The translations under genes were made by a program, and so were the position numbers. The notes below the pieces were generated by a model. The model searched no databases. It was not told where the DNA came from and saw nothing but the letters and a program-made list of their open reading frames with translations. Below are positions 11,329-21,308 of a stretch of DNA of 64,000 nt, piece after piece (positions within the stretch are counted from its first letter, which is position 1; each line of letters begins with the position of its first letter). The stretch is from assembly GCA_021734995.1 (NCBI GenBank), contig JAIPHX010000002.1, forward strand, positions 16,189 through 80,188, read 5' to 3'. The stretch is from Minisyncoccota bacterium (GTDB taxonomy: Bacteria > Patescibacteriota > Minisyncoccia > Phycocordibacterales > UBA9973).

Positions 11329-13497
11329 ATGAATTTGCAGGATTTACTCACACAGCATTTTCGTCTTGATGAAAATCACAAAAAAGCCCTAAGAAAACTA
11401 GGATTAAAAGACATCCAAGACCTGCTTTTCTATTTCCCTATTAGGTATTCTCATGTAAGTGAAATAAAACCGATCAATGAACTCACTGAAGGTGAACAAG
11501 CTACAATATATGGTAAGTTTCAAAAATTAGATATAAAAAAATCATATCTTAATAAAAAAATACGTGCTGAGGGTGAAGTATTGGATGAAACAGGGAAAAT
11601 AAAAGTAATATGGTTCAATCAAGCGTATATTGCAAAAATGGTACATGAAGGACAATTTGTAGAGCTTACAGGACGAGTAACCAAAAGCAAAAATGGTATT
11701 TACCTAGCCAATCCAGAGTTTAAAAAAATGAGTACTATGCCTATTGATGTTCACAACTCTCTCTTTAGCACAGAAAACAAAAATAAAATATTTGGCTTTC
11801 CTATATATGCAGAGACTCGTGGTATATCTTCTAAATGGTTTTATCATGCTATTTTAAAAATATTAAAAGAAAAAAATATTCAAAATATTGAAGACTATTT
11901 ACCAGAAGAAATTTTAAAAAAATACCATCTTCCCTCTTTAAAATCTGCTCTAGTCTGGATTCACGCTCCTCAAAACGACAATGATGCTGAGAGCGCTCGC
12001 AAAAGATTTGCCTTTGAAGAAGTCTTTTTTATCCAACTGAAGCTTCAAAAAGACAGAAAAGAATATCGTCAAAACCAATCCTTCAAAATTGAAATAGAGA
12101 AAAAAGATGTAGAACGATTTACAGAGCGTTTCCCTTTCTCTTTTACTGATGCTCAAAACAAATCTATTGATACTATCTTAAAAGATATTCAGAGAAACGT
12201 CCCGATGTCTAGACTTCTTGAGGGAGATGTCGGATCAGGAAAAACAGCAGTAGCTTCTACTGTCTCTTATGCAATCATTACCCAGAAAAAAGCGGATCTC
12301 CCTGCGAATCTTCAGGTAGCATACATGGCTCCTACTGAAATTCTAGCTACTCAACACTTTGAATCTTTCATTAAATATTTCAATCACCTTCCCATCAACA
12401 TTGGACTAATTACCGGATCTGGGTGTAGAAAATTTCCCTCAAAAGTAAATCCTTCTGGCTGGACAGATATCTCAAAAAAACAACTTTTAAAATGGACTGA
12501 GGAAGGATCTATCTCTATCGTCATAGGCACTCATGCCTTGATTCAAAAAACTGTAAAATTTAAAAATTTAGCTCTTGCTATCATAGATGAACAACATCGT
12601 TTCGGCACAGAACAACGTAAAAAATTAATACAGAGAGATTCTAAAGGAAAATGGATTGCTCCACACCTATTATCAATGACAGCTACTCCAATCCCCCGCA
12701 CTCTTGCTCTTACTATTTACGGAGATTTAGATTTATCTATCTTAGATCAAATGCCTTCCGATAGAAAACAAATTATCACTGAAATAATTACTCCAGAAAA
12801 AAGAGAGGAAGTGTATGAAAAAATCAGAACTGAAATGCAGAAAGGAAGACAGCTTTATGTTATTTGTCCAAGAATTTTTGAACCAGACCCTCAAAAAGAA
12901 TTAGCCTTGCAAGCCAAGTCCGCAGTAGCTGAAGCAAAAAGACTAAAAAAAGAAATCTTCCCTGAATATGAGATAGATGTATTGCATAGCAAAATGAGTA
13001 AACAAAAAAAAGAAGAGGCGATGCAGAAATTTTCTAATGGCGACACACATATACTATGTGCCACTTCAGTAGTAGAAGTAGGAGTGAATGTCCCCAACGC
13101 TACTATCATCATCATAGAAGGAGCTGAAAGATTTGGTCTAGCTCAATTGCACCAACTTCGTGGACGAGTGATCCGAAGCTCTCATCAAGCATATTGTTAT
13201 GTGTTTGCTGAAGCAAAATCTCAAAAAACTTTGGATAGACTACGGGCTTTAAAAACAGCAAAAAATGGGTTTGAATTAGCCGAGCTTGATCTTACTTTGC
13301 GTGGGTCAGGAGAATTACTTGGCGGTAAGCAATGGGGTATCAATGATCTTGGAATGGAAGCAATCAGAAATATAAAAATGGTAGAAGCAGCTAGAACGGA
13401 AGCAAAAAATCTAATAGAAAAAGACACCGAGCTAAATGAATACCCTATTCTTCAAGCAAAATCAAAAAACAAAACAGAGAGGCTTCATTTTGAATAA
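11329..13497 (+). CDS. recG: ATP-dependent DNA helicase RecG
   Basis: RLLEGDVGSGKT, DEQHRFG, TATPIPRTL, QLHQLRGRV. Confidence 0.96.
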   Translation: MNLQDLLTQHFRLDENHKKALRKLGLKDIQDLLFYFPIRYSHVSEIKPINELTEGEQATIYGKFQKLDIKKSYLNKKIRAEGEVLDETGKIKVIWFNQAYIAKMVHEGQFVELTGRVTKSKNGIYLANPEFKKMSTMPIDVHNSLFSTENKNKIFGFPIYAETRGISSKWFYHAILKILKEKNIQNIEDYLPEEILKKYHLPSLKSALVWIHAPQNDNDAESARKRFAFEEVFFIQLKLQKDRKEYRQNQSFKIEIEKKDVERFTERFPFSFTDAQNKSIDTILKDIQRNVPMSRLLEGDVGSGKTAVASTVSYAIITQKKADLPANLQVAYMAPTEILATQHFESFIKYFNHLPINIGLITGSGCRKFPSKVNPSGWTDISKKQLLKWTEEGSISIVIGTHALIQKTVKFKNLALAIIDEQHRFGTEQRKKLIQRDSKGKWIAPHLLSMTATPIPRTLALTIYGDLDLSILDQMPSDRKQIITEIITPEKREEVYEKIRTEMQKGRQLYVICPRIFEPDPQKELALQAKSAVAEAKRLKKEIFPEYEIDVLHSKMSKQKKEEAMQKFSNGDTHILCATSVVEVGVNVPNATIIIIEGAERFGLAQLHQLRGRVIRSSHQAYCYVFAEAKSQKTLDRLRALKTAKNGFELAELDLTLRGSGELLGGKQWGINDLGMEAIRNIKMVEAARTEAKNLIEKDTELNEYPILQAKSKNKTERLHFE

Positions 13498-13557
13498 CCT
13501 AAAAAGTTAGATAAAATCTAAAACTGCCACAAAATCACAACCCCCTAAAACATTGTG

Positions 13558-13630
13558 TCCGCCCTCTTGGGTTCGAACCAAGGACACTTCGAGTATAAGT
13601 CGAATGCTCTACCAACTGAGCTAAGGGCGG
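13558..13630 (-). tRNA. tRNA-Ile(TAT)
   Basis: CCGCCCT/AGGGCGG acceptor stem, TTCGA-CTTATAC-TCGAA anticodon arm, GGTTCGAACC. Confidence 0.92.
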
Positions 13631-14285
13631 AAATGATGTTCATTAACATCCTCAAAATACTTTAAACAGGCCAATATGTATTCCCATAATGGTTTGTTTC
13701 CTATTATAACACTACAAGTCCCTTTTCCAAAACCTGTTTTATATTTAACTGAAACGATTTTTGTTTTCTTTATGTATGGTTTATAAAACTGGCTTAATGG
13801 AATTTTAAGCTCTTTTCCCCAAAAATCAAGTGTCTTTGTTATATCCATATCTGAGTAAAGATGTACTTTCACTTTTAAATCTTTCTTTTTTATATTAAAC
13901 AAAGAAAGCCATTTAATAAAGAATTTTAACATTGCTGGATTTGTGTTTGTAAGAGTAACCATTGAATCTTGTTTTTTAGTTCCCTCTCCCCAATACAAAA
14001 ACAATCCTGCCAAAAATAAATCTCTTTTAGAAAAAAATCCAACATCTTTGGAAGCCTTTTCATATATCTCCAAAAATCTTTTTTCTTTTCTTTTATTAAG
14101 AGTCTTTTTATAATTTTCAATTCTTTTCCTTTTAGATTCCAATAACCCTATAGGTGATAAAGAATAATCTTGGAGCCAATAACTCAAAGTACTTTTACTA
14201 ATTTTTAGTTTTGCTTTTATTTGGCTGTATGTGTATCCAGAATTTCTCAGCTCTATCGCTCTTTTTTTATTTTTTCTTTTTTCAA
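13621..14285 (-). CDS. HTH + LAGLIDADG-like protein, start uncertain or frameshifted
   Basis: AGLFLYWGEG..TNTNP motif; in-frame upstream HTH (AIELRNSGYTYSQIKAKLKISKSTLSYW) lacks an in-frame start; 3' end overlaps tRNA-Ile. Confidence 0.6.
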
Positions 14286-14310
14286 CTTTTTATAACTTTA
14301 TTTAAAAACA

Positions 14311-17300
14311 TTATCCTGCAATATCCACAGCAGGTAAATCTTTTTTCTTTAATTCTATACCATGAGCAACTAAAATCTTTTCATATTCTTCTTGTTCAAG
14401 AGTCTCTACTTCTATGAGTTTTTTAGCAATAGCATCTAAGGTCTTACGATTTTCAGTGAGAACTTTCTCAGCAGATTTTAATCCCCCATCTACTATTTTT
14501 GATATTTCATCATCCACCTTTGCTGAAACAGCTTCAGAATATTCTTTATCTCTGGAACCCTCCCAAGCAGAACCACCTCCAGATCCCACAAGCGCAATTG
14601 GACCTATTGCATCAGACATCCCAAATCTTGTAACCATTGCTCTAGCTACATTGTTGACCATTTGCAAATCACTAGAAGGACCAGTGGTAACATCTCCAAA
14701 CACCATTTTTTCTGCTACATATCCACCTAAAGACATCGCAATATCATCAAGAAACTCTCTTTTAGACTGAAGTCTTCTGTCTTCAAGAGGAAGTTTTAAG
14801 GTATATCCTCCTGCCCTACCACGAGCAATAATAGATACTTTGTGTACTGGGTCAGAAAAAGGCAATACTGATGCTACTAGCGCATGCCCTGCTTCATGAT
14901 ATGCAGTAATTTCTTTTTCTTTTTTTGAAAGAAGATGACTTTTTCTTTCTGGCCCAAGCATTACCTTTTCTATCGCTCGGATCAAATCAAACTGAAATAC
15001 TTTTTTACGATTTTCTCTTGCAGCCAAAATAGCTCCTTCGTTCATCAATGAATATAAGTCTGCTCCAGAAAATCCAGGAGTTCGCTCTGCGATAACTTTT
15101 AAATTTATATCTTCAGCTAAAGGTTTACTGTTTGAATGAATCTTTAAAATCTCCTCCCTGTCTGCTCTATCAGGTAGATCAAGAATAACTTTTCTATCAA
15201 ATCTTCCTGGACGAACTAAAGCAGGATCTAGTACATCGGGTCTGTTGGTCGCTGCCATTACTATGATCTTTTCATTTGGTTCAAATCCATCCATCTCTAC
15301 CAAGATTTGATTGAGTGTCTGCTCTCTCTCGTCATTTCCTCCACCAAAACCACCACCACGAGTGCGTCCAATAGCATCTATTTCATCTACGAATATAATA
15401 GCGGGAGCAGATTTTTTTGCCATTTTAAATAAATCTCTTACTCTAGATGCCCCAACCCCCACAAACATTTCTACGAATTCAGATCCAGACAAATGAAAGA
15501 ACGGGACACTCGCCTCACCCGCCACTGCGCGTGCAAGCATTGTATTGTGTGAAATAAGTCCATTTGAAATAAAAGAATGTGTTTTAGGAACAGTAAAATC
15601 ATAAACCCTTGCTTTATTATTGGTAATCTCTTTTACAGGTGAAAAAAATAATTTAGCTTCTAAAATTGAATTTAGATACTCTGTATTTTCATTATGAAAT
15701 CCCATCTTTTTACATCTGTCTAAAAACAATTCCAAAGAATTTCTACTGATCGTTTTTCTTGTCTTTACTTTATGAATTAACTTTGAACACCACTCATTGC
15801 TTAATTTTCTATCACTTAACTCTTTCCATGTGTCATGCACAATATGATGTATGTCATAAAATAAATCTATGTTTGTGTTTCTTTTAGTATGTAAAGACAA
15901 ATATTTATTCATTTCTTTTTGTTTTCTAGACAAACGAAATCCTACATTTTTAGAAAACTTTTCAAGCTCTACCCCAGAAACAGTAATCTCATATACATCT
16001 TTTAAATGACTATCATCTTTATGACGTTTGATTCTTCTTTTTGGTACAATACCCATATTCAAAAGTATTGCAAATACCTGATCAGATAATTTTTTACTTA
16101 CAGTTGAGTAGCCAAAAGAATATCGATGGAAATATCCATCTGAGTCAAATAATCCTTGCAAAAATGCAATTAAAACATGTTTTGGAGCTTGCAAAACAGA
16201 AGATGGAATAGCTTTATCATATGAGAGCAAGTAACTCATTCCCATCTCATATAAATCTTTTTTCATCTTCCAAGATGTCACTAAATGAGTAATACCGTCT
16301 CCTGCTAATCCTATATTAGTATCAGGATAATTTTCTGATACATAACTTTTAAAAGAACCTACTAACTCTTCATCTACAGAGGTAAAACCAATTCTACTAG
16401 CATGGCTTAAATTTCCATCACCTGTTAGGAGTCCCATAATATAAGCTTGGTCCGAAGAAACTTCTCTTGAAACACCATATACTTCTGTCCCAAATTTAAT
16501 AGCCACGTTGTCTCCTTCTTTTATTTCTTCTAATTTTTTAAACACGAGATCCCCTTTACTATCCATTACAATTACTGGATGTTCTGGTGTTCCCTCTAAA
16601 TCAACTCCTTGTTTTAAAGTAATCTTAAAAGTATTTTGTTCGCCCAAATCATACCAGTGAGAAGCCTCTTGGTCTGTTGTACGAGAACGAGTAACATCAA
16701 AAGTGGGCAATATTGCTCCTTTTACTGTGTGATCTTTTGGATTAACCCAAAAATATTTTGGGATATCTTTAATTTCAACCAACCCTTTATTTGTTAAAAC
16801 CAAAGAATCCCCTGTAATACATTTCCCTGTTCCGGGAGCCCCTGTAAGAATTACTCCTTTTGGGATTCTTGCTCCTATCTCAAGAAATTTTTTAGGACTT
16901 TTTAGAAAATCTACTATTTCTTTTAATTCTTCTTTTGCTTCTTTGCAACCCGCTACGTCTTTGAAAGTTACTTTGTTGTTTTTGTCATTAGGATCAGTAA
17001 TGCGAGCTTTGGATTGACCAAAAGTAAAAGCTTGCATCCCTGCGCCTTTTACTTGTCTTGATAAATACCAGAAAATAAAAATAATAAAAATAATCGGTAG
17101 TAAAAATGGTAAAATATTTAAAAGCCAAAATCCTAGACCGCTCTGATCTTTAATCTCAAGAGTAGTCCCTGCTAAAGCTTCTGCGCTTACGCCATAATTT
17201 GCTAAAGTCTCAGACAAAGATGACTCTACTTCTTTTTTTGCTTTCTTTACCTCTTCATTCTTGTAAGTCACAGTAATATCTCCTCCTGAAACTACAATCT

Positions 17301-17508
17301 TCTGCACTTCTCCTGCTGTAATAGCCTTTGCTAAGTCTGAAACAGGTATCTCTTCACTTTTCTTTGAAGAATTAGCGACAAAGAGATACAAAGCAGTAAT
17401 AATCATCAAAATTAAAATAACAGAGGCCATACTGCCAGATAATCCTGGGCCTGCATTTTTTTTTCCACCCTTCTTCCCCCCTTTTTTATTTAAAATATTA
17501 AAATCCAT
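14311..17508 (-). CDS. ftsH: ATP-dependent zinc metalloprotease FtsH with intein
   Basis: TFKDVAG, GAPGTGK|intein|[25 protein letters not shown]; likely start MDFNIL at 17508. Confidence 0.95.
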   Translation of the reverse strand: MDFNILNKKGGKKGGKKNAGPGLSGSMASVILILMIITALYLFVANSSKKSEEIPVSDLAKAITAGEVQKIVVSGGDITVTYKNEEVKKAKKEVESSLSETLANYGVSAEALAGTTLEIKDQSGLGFWLLNILPFLLPIIFIIFIFWYLSRQVKGAGMQAFTFGQSKARITDPNDKNNKVTFKDVAGCKEAKEELKEIVDFLKSPKKFLEIGARIPKGVILTGAPGTGKCITGDSLVLTNKGLVEIKDIPKYFWVNPKDHTVKGAILPTFDVTRSRTTDQEASHWYDLGEQNTFKITLKQGVDLEGTPEHPVIVMDSKGDLVFKKLEEIKEGDNVAIKFGTEVYGVSREVSSDQAYIMGLLTGDGNLSHASRIGFTSVDEELVGSFKSYVSENYPDTNIGLAGDGITHLVTSWKMKKDLYEMGMSYLLSYDKAIPSSVLQAPKHVLIAFLQGLFDSDGYFHRYSFGYSTVSKKLSDQVFAILLNMGIVPKRRIKRHKDDSHLKDVYEITVSGVELEKFSKNVGFRLSRKQKEMNKYLSLHTKRNTNIDLFYDIHHIVHDTWKELSDRKLSNEWCSKLIHKVKTRKTISRNSLELFLDRCKKMGFHNENTEYLNSILEAKLFFSPVKEITNNKARVYDFTVPKTHSFISNGLISHNTMLARAVAGEASVPFFHLSGSEFVEMFVGVGASRVRDLFKMAKKSAPAIIFVDEIDAIGRTRGGGFGGGNDEREQTLNQILVEMDGFEPNEKIIVMAATNRPDVLDPALVRPGRFDRKVILDLPDRADREEILKIHSNSKPLAEDINLKVIAERTPGFSGADLYSLMNEGAILAARENRKKVFQFDLIRAIEKVMLGPERKSHLLSKKEKEITAYHEAGHALVASVLPFSDPVHKVSIIARGRAGGYTLKLPLEDRRLQSKREFLDDIAMSLGGYVAEKMVFGDVTTGPSSDLQMVNNVARAMVTRFGMSDAIGPIALVGSGGGSAWEGSRDKEYSEAVSAKVDDEISKIVDGGLKSAEKVLTENRKTLDAIAKKLIEVETLEQEEYEKILVAHGIELKKKDLPAVDIAG
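15544..16821 (-). mobile_element. Intein with LAGLIDADG endonuclease in ftsH (426 aa)
   Basis: Starts CITGDS and ends ISHN before a Thr; MGLLTGDG and LQGLFDSDG motifs. Confidence 0.93.
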
Positions 17509-17570
17509 AGTTGCATTGTAGCATGAAAATTTATTAAAAGAAATTATAAAAATTATGCTAGAATAGCTAT

Positions 17571-18017
17571 ATGCCCAACTACGCAGAAAATAAAAAAGCA
17601 AGATTTGAATACGAGATTTTGGAAAAATATGAAGCTGGCATAGAGCTTACAGGAATGGAAACAAAATCCGTCCGACAAGGAAAAGCCTCTTTTGAGGGTG
17701 CTTTTGTAATTGTGCGTGGAGGAGAAGCTTTTTTAATAAATGCAAACATCACTCCTTTCCAACCCAAAAATGCTCCTGAAAATTATGATCCACTTAGAAA
17801 CAGAAAACTATTACTGACAAAAAAAGAAATCAGAGAGTTAGCTGAATCTGAGGCAAATAAAAGTTTGACAATAGTGCCTTTAACGATGTATAATAAAGGG
17901 AGAAAGATAAAGATCCAAATAGCATTGGTAAAAGGTAAGAAAAAATTTGATAAGAGAGAAACAATCAAAAAACGAGAAACCGATCGTATAATCAGAAGAA
18001 CTTTGAAAGATTACTAA
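17571..18017 (+). CDS. smpB: SsrA-binding protein
   Basis: NKKARFEY..EAGIEL.G.E.KSVR, RKLLL, KGKKKFDKRE; adjacent to tmRNA. Confidence 0.97.
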   Translation: MPNYAENKKARFEYEILEKYEAGIELTGMETKSVRQGKASFEGAFVIVRGGEAFLINANITPFQPKNAPENYDPLRNRKLLLTKKEIRELAESEANKSLTIVPLTMYNKGRKIKIQIALVKGKKKFDKRETIKKRETDRIIRRTLKDY

Positions 18018-18041
18018 CGCACTTCGCGTCAGTATATATAT

Positions 18042-18437
18042 GGGGATGATAGGCATAGACAAGAGTCTTGTTTATCTGAATGCATGTCGAGAATGAACGT
18101 AATCTCGCTAAACTTCGTTCAAAACGTTAATTGCAAAATTGACTTCAAAAGTAAAGGCAATCACTTCTCCATACTTCGGTATGCAGGATTTTGCTTTTGC
18201 TCCAGCACGCGCTTAAGTGGGCTGGTGTCTTTCTCGTAGACTTCCGATATACGAAGAGAGGCATAATATTATCGGGATAGGAAAAGAAACTTCCCACTCT
18301 TCTTCCAAAACTTAGGGAATCGTTTGAAAAATATTTTGCTTACTTTATAATTTTTCAAACTAAACATAAGGTAAGACACACATGTAGAAATTCAAATATC
18401 AACCTTTTGCACGGGGATTCAATTTCCCCCATCTCCA
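18042..18437 (+). ncRNA. ssrA: tmRNA
   Basis: GGGGATG 5' end pairs with 3' CATCTCCA; T-arm GGGGATTCAATTTCCCC; tag ORF at 18133-18216 ending ..APARA*. Confidence 0.92.
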
Positions 18438-19962
18438 CATCAAGGGTATGACCAGCCTCAATTCGGTCAAATAGCTTATAAAGACAGGACTTTTCAGGGG
18501 TTCGATAACCCATTTCATGTACAAAGACAATTTTGTCATCAAACATGAAAGAGAAAAGCTCCTGTTTTTGCTTTACGGTCCCTTTTTCCCATATTTTATA
18601 AGGGCTTTTTATCATGCCCGTTATCTGATCATACGAAGTTCGATAAGGAATAACGTAGTCAATTTCTTTACCTAGTTTTTCCTCTATTTTCTCTAACTCA
18701 ATAGATTTTTCTTCAATTCTTTTCTGATAGCTTCTTTTCACTATCAGATTTTCTATTCCAATCGACTCATCTGCCAAACCGCCGATCTCCTCTTCAAGTT
18801 TACTTTTCTGTTTAATTAACAATTCCGATTGTTTACCAATTCCTTTTATTTCGTCATTCCATAAATCTTCAAACATCATCCCAACAATACCCACTAAGTC
18901 TGATTTAGGTTTATTATCTTTTACAAGTTTCTTAAATCCATCATCAATGTCCTTTTGCTTCACAGTCTTACTTCTCAATGCACACGATCGATACTGACAT
19001 GAATAATACGGGTGACGCTTACCAGTTTTACTTCTAGAATAATAAGCAGTCATCTTTCTGCCACATTCTGAACAGCAAACTAATCCTCTTAATGGAAACT
19101 CTTCTCGGATATCTTGCCTGATTACCGCATCTCTAGCTTCGCCATTAATTCTTTTCACATTTGCAAAATAAACCTCTTCAGAAATTACACCTTCGTGTTT
19201 GCCTTTCTGTCTTCTTACATCCCACTTCTCATATTCAATAAAACCAGCATAAAAAGGATCAAGAAGAAGTTTCTTTGTTGTCTCTAAGTATTTCTCAGCG
19301 TGACATTTTTTAGAAAAGAAACCTTTCTCCTGGAGAAATCTAGCAAGATCGATAATCCTTACAAACCGCTTATAGGCAAAACCTTCTAAGCCTTCCTTTA
19401 AGATTAATCCTGCACTATTTGGAAAACATGTGTTTCCATATTCAGTTCTACGCATCTCATAACCTTTAGGGGCATGGAAAGCCCAATAACCCCTCTCTAG
19501 ACGAGCCTTTTGCTTTTGAATAACTTGTCTCTTGTTCTGGTTCCTTTCAAGCTCTGCTCCTGCGGCAAGTATCACTTCTACATACTGACCTTCAGGACTT
19601 TCATCAAAGCTGAAATTCAAACACTCAGGCACAATCCCTCGTGTTCTAAATGCCGTTCTAAGTTTTAAGTGGAACTCGACATCTCGAGCAAAACGTTTAA
19701 GATTGTCAAAAACAACAACGAAATTATGATGAGGTTTTGAGTCTACGTATTCAAGAAGAGATCGCATTGCTGGTCGTGCCATAAAGTCTCCTCCACCTGT
19801 AAAGCTATCTTTAAAGACCTTTGTAGGCTCGCCATACCCCCTATTAACACAATAAGTGCGACATCTCTGTTCCTGAGACTCTAAACCACCACCTTCACGC
19901 ATTTGGCGCTCTGATGAGACACGGCAATATATGATTGGTATTCGTTTAATTTCTTCTTTCAT
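18355..19962 (-). CDS. Large serine recombinase (integrase)
   Basis: IYCRVSS catalytic motif, RFAR, zinc ribbon (GLVCCSECG..YYSC), coiled coil; 3' end runs antisense into ssrA. Confidence 0.93.
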   Translation of the reverse strand: MKEEIKRIPIIYCRVSSERQMREGGGLESQEQRCRTYCVNRGYGEPTKVFKDSFTGGGDFMARPAMRSLLEYVDSKPHHNFVVVFDNLKRFARDVEFHLKLRTAFRTRGIVPECLNFSFDESPEGQYVEVILAAGAELERNQNKRQVIQKQKARLERGYWAFHAPKGYEMRRTEYGNTCFPNSAGLILKEGLEGFAYKRFVRIIDLARFLQEKGFFSKKCHAEKYLETTKKLLLDPFYAGFIEYEKWDVRRQKGKHEGVISEEVYFANVKRINGEARDAVIRQDIREEFPLRGLVCCSECGRKMTAYYSRSKTGKRHPYYSCQYRSCALRSKTVKQKDIDDGFKKLVKDNKPKSDLVGIVGMMFEDLWNDEIKGIGKQSELLIKQKSKLEEEIGGLADESIGIENLIVKRSYQKRIEEKSIELEKIEEKLGKEIDYVIPYRTSYDQITGMIKSPYKIWEKGTVKQKQELFSFMFDDKIVFVHEMGYRTPEKSCLYKLFDRIEAGHTLDVEMGEIESPCKRLIFEFLHVCLTLCLV

Positions 19963-20089
19963 AATCCTCGATTTCTTCTTTTATTACCTTCTGTATCAGA
20001 GCTTCCAGATAACTCACAGTTTTCACTGCTTCCTCTCGAGTTAGATGAAGTTTCTTCATGCATAACTCAATATATTTTTCTTTTACCAC
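19946..20089 (-). CDS. Small 47-aa ORF overlapping the integrase start, candidate directionality factor
   Basis: GTG start, MVKEKYIELCMKKLHLTREEAVKTVSYLEALIQKVIKEEIEDYERRN*; below the ORF-track cutoff. Confidence 0.45.
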   Translation of the reverse strand: MVKEKYIELCMKKLHLTREEAVKTVSYLEALIQKVIKEEIEDYERRN

Positions 20090-20176
20090 AAGCCATTTGC
20101 TGTGGTTTAGCTCTAGTGCATCTAGCGACCTTACCTTATTTCTTATTTAAAACGTCTGAGGCATTCAGTACGTTGG

Positions 20177-20980
20177 TTATGGTTTTTCCATAACATCTGT
20201 CTCTACCGACACAAATTTTCCATCTTTTATTTGGAATGTAATGCTTCCAAATTCTCCTCCATTCTTAACAATTTCTCCCAAGACTTTGTAAGGGTTAGGA
20301 TTATTCTCAATATCCTTTTTAGATATATGACTTACAATTCCATTTTTAAATTTAATGGTTACGGCTTTATATTCACCGGACCGAATAATATCGAGAACAG
20401 AAAGCTCCTTGTCTTCAAGGTATGAGGGGATATTTTCTTTCGAAATCAAATCCGCCTTATCTTTAAGGAAACGATTTTTAATGATATTGAAATTTATTTT
20501 TATATAGTTAGAGTCGATATATCCAACCAACTCAGAAAAATCAATTTCATCTCTAGTACCCACATCTGCCCTACCGTCAGGAGCAACAATCATGAAAAAG
20601 TCTTTGTCTTTCTGAATGAATGATCTCAATAAATATGTTTCGAGAATAACTGCATTTGAATTTTTAAAAAATGACTCCTTTGTAGTCTTTATATTTTCAA
20701 GAGGGACACCAAAGCGTCTAAGTTCCATAGCAATTTGAAGCCAAAACAACTCTAAAAAGCTAAGCATTGTAGTTGCATTCTTTTCTCGTGTATCAAGTAG
20801 CCCAGCTTGTTTCCAATGACTTAAAACTCGGCGATTTATTTTCAACTCTGACGGTTTAAATTTCTTTTCTCGGACCTTATTCAGAACAGGCTTTTTCTCA
20901 CCTCCAATCATTCCTAAAACTAGGTAACTAAAACCCGATCTTATGATATTAAATTTAGGCAAATTTGATGTCGCTTTCAT
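20177..20980 (-). CDS. MerR-like HTH DNA-binding protein
   Basis: INRRVLSHWKQAGLL..SFLELFWLQIAMELRRFGVPLENIK; probable start MKATSN at 20980. Confidence 0.65.
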   Translation of the reverse strand: MKATSNLPKFNIIRSGFSYLVLGMIGGEKKPVLNKVREKKFKPSELKINRRVLSHWKQAGLLDTREKNATTMLSFLELFWLQIAMELRRFGVPLENIKTTKESFFKNSNAVILETYLLRSFIQKDKDFFMIVAPDGRADVGTRDEIDFSELVGYIDSNYIKINFNIIKNRFLKDKADLISKENIPSYLEDKELSVLDIIRSGEYKAVTIKFKNGIVSHISKKDIENNPNPYKVLGEIVKNGGEFGSITFQIKDGKFVSVETDVMEKP

Positions 20981-21066
20981 GTTACATAAATTGTAACACA
21001 TCTGTAACATAATAAAAATACCCAACCTGTTTGTAACTAAGGCAAATGGTACATCCTCCAACCTCC

Positions 21067-21300
21067 CACACTGTTTTTCACACTGTTTTTTGATATCTTT
21101 CGAGTTTCTTTCGATTATTTTTGTGCTTTGCTGTTTTTTGTTTTGTCGAGTAAATGTCGAGTTTTTTGCTTCGTTTCGATTTTCTTTCGATTATTTTATA
21201 TTAATTGACCCAGTTTTTACCGAGTATTTTTATTTAACTTTTCTGAAACTTTCGGTTTTCTTTCGGTTATTTTTTGCTTTTTGTCGATTATTTGTCGATT
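21067..21300. repeat. Periodic direct-repeat array
   Basis: TTTCGRKTTTCTTTCGRTTATTTT at 21098, 21174 and 21250; TGTCGA-n5-TGTCGA at 21144 and 21282; CACACTGTTTTT x2 at 21067-21090. Confidence 0.8.
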
Positions 21301-21308
21301 TTTTCAAT

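Noticed and set aside
21098-21274. 76-bp-period repeats as a CRISPR array
   Set aside because: Only three non-palindromic low-complexity repeats, ~52-bp spacers that contain related motifs, and no cas genes in the window.
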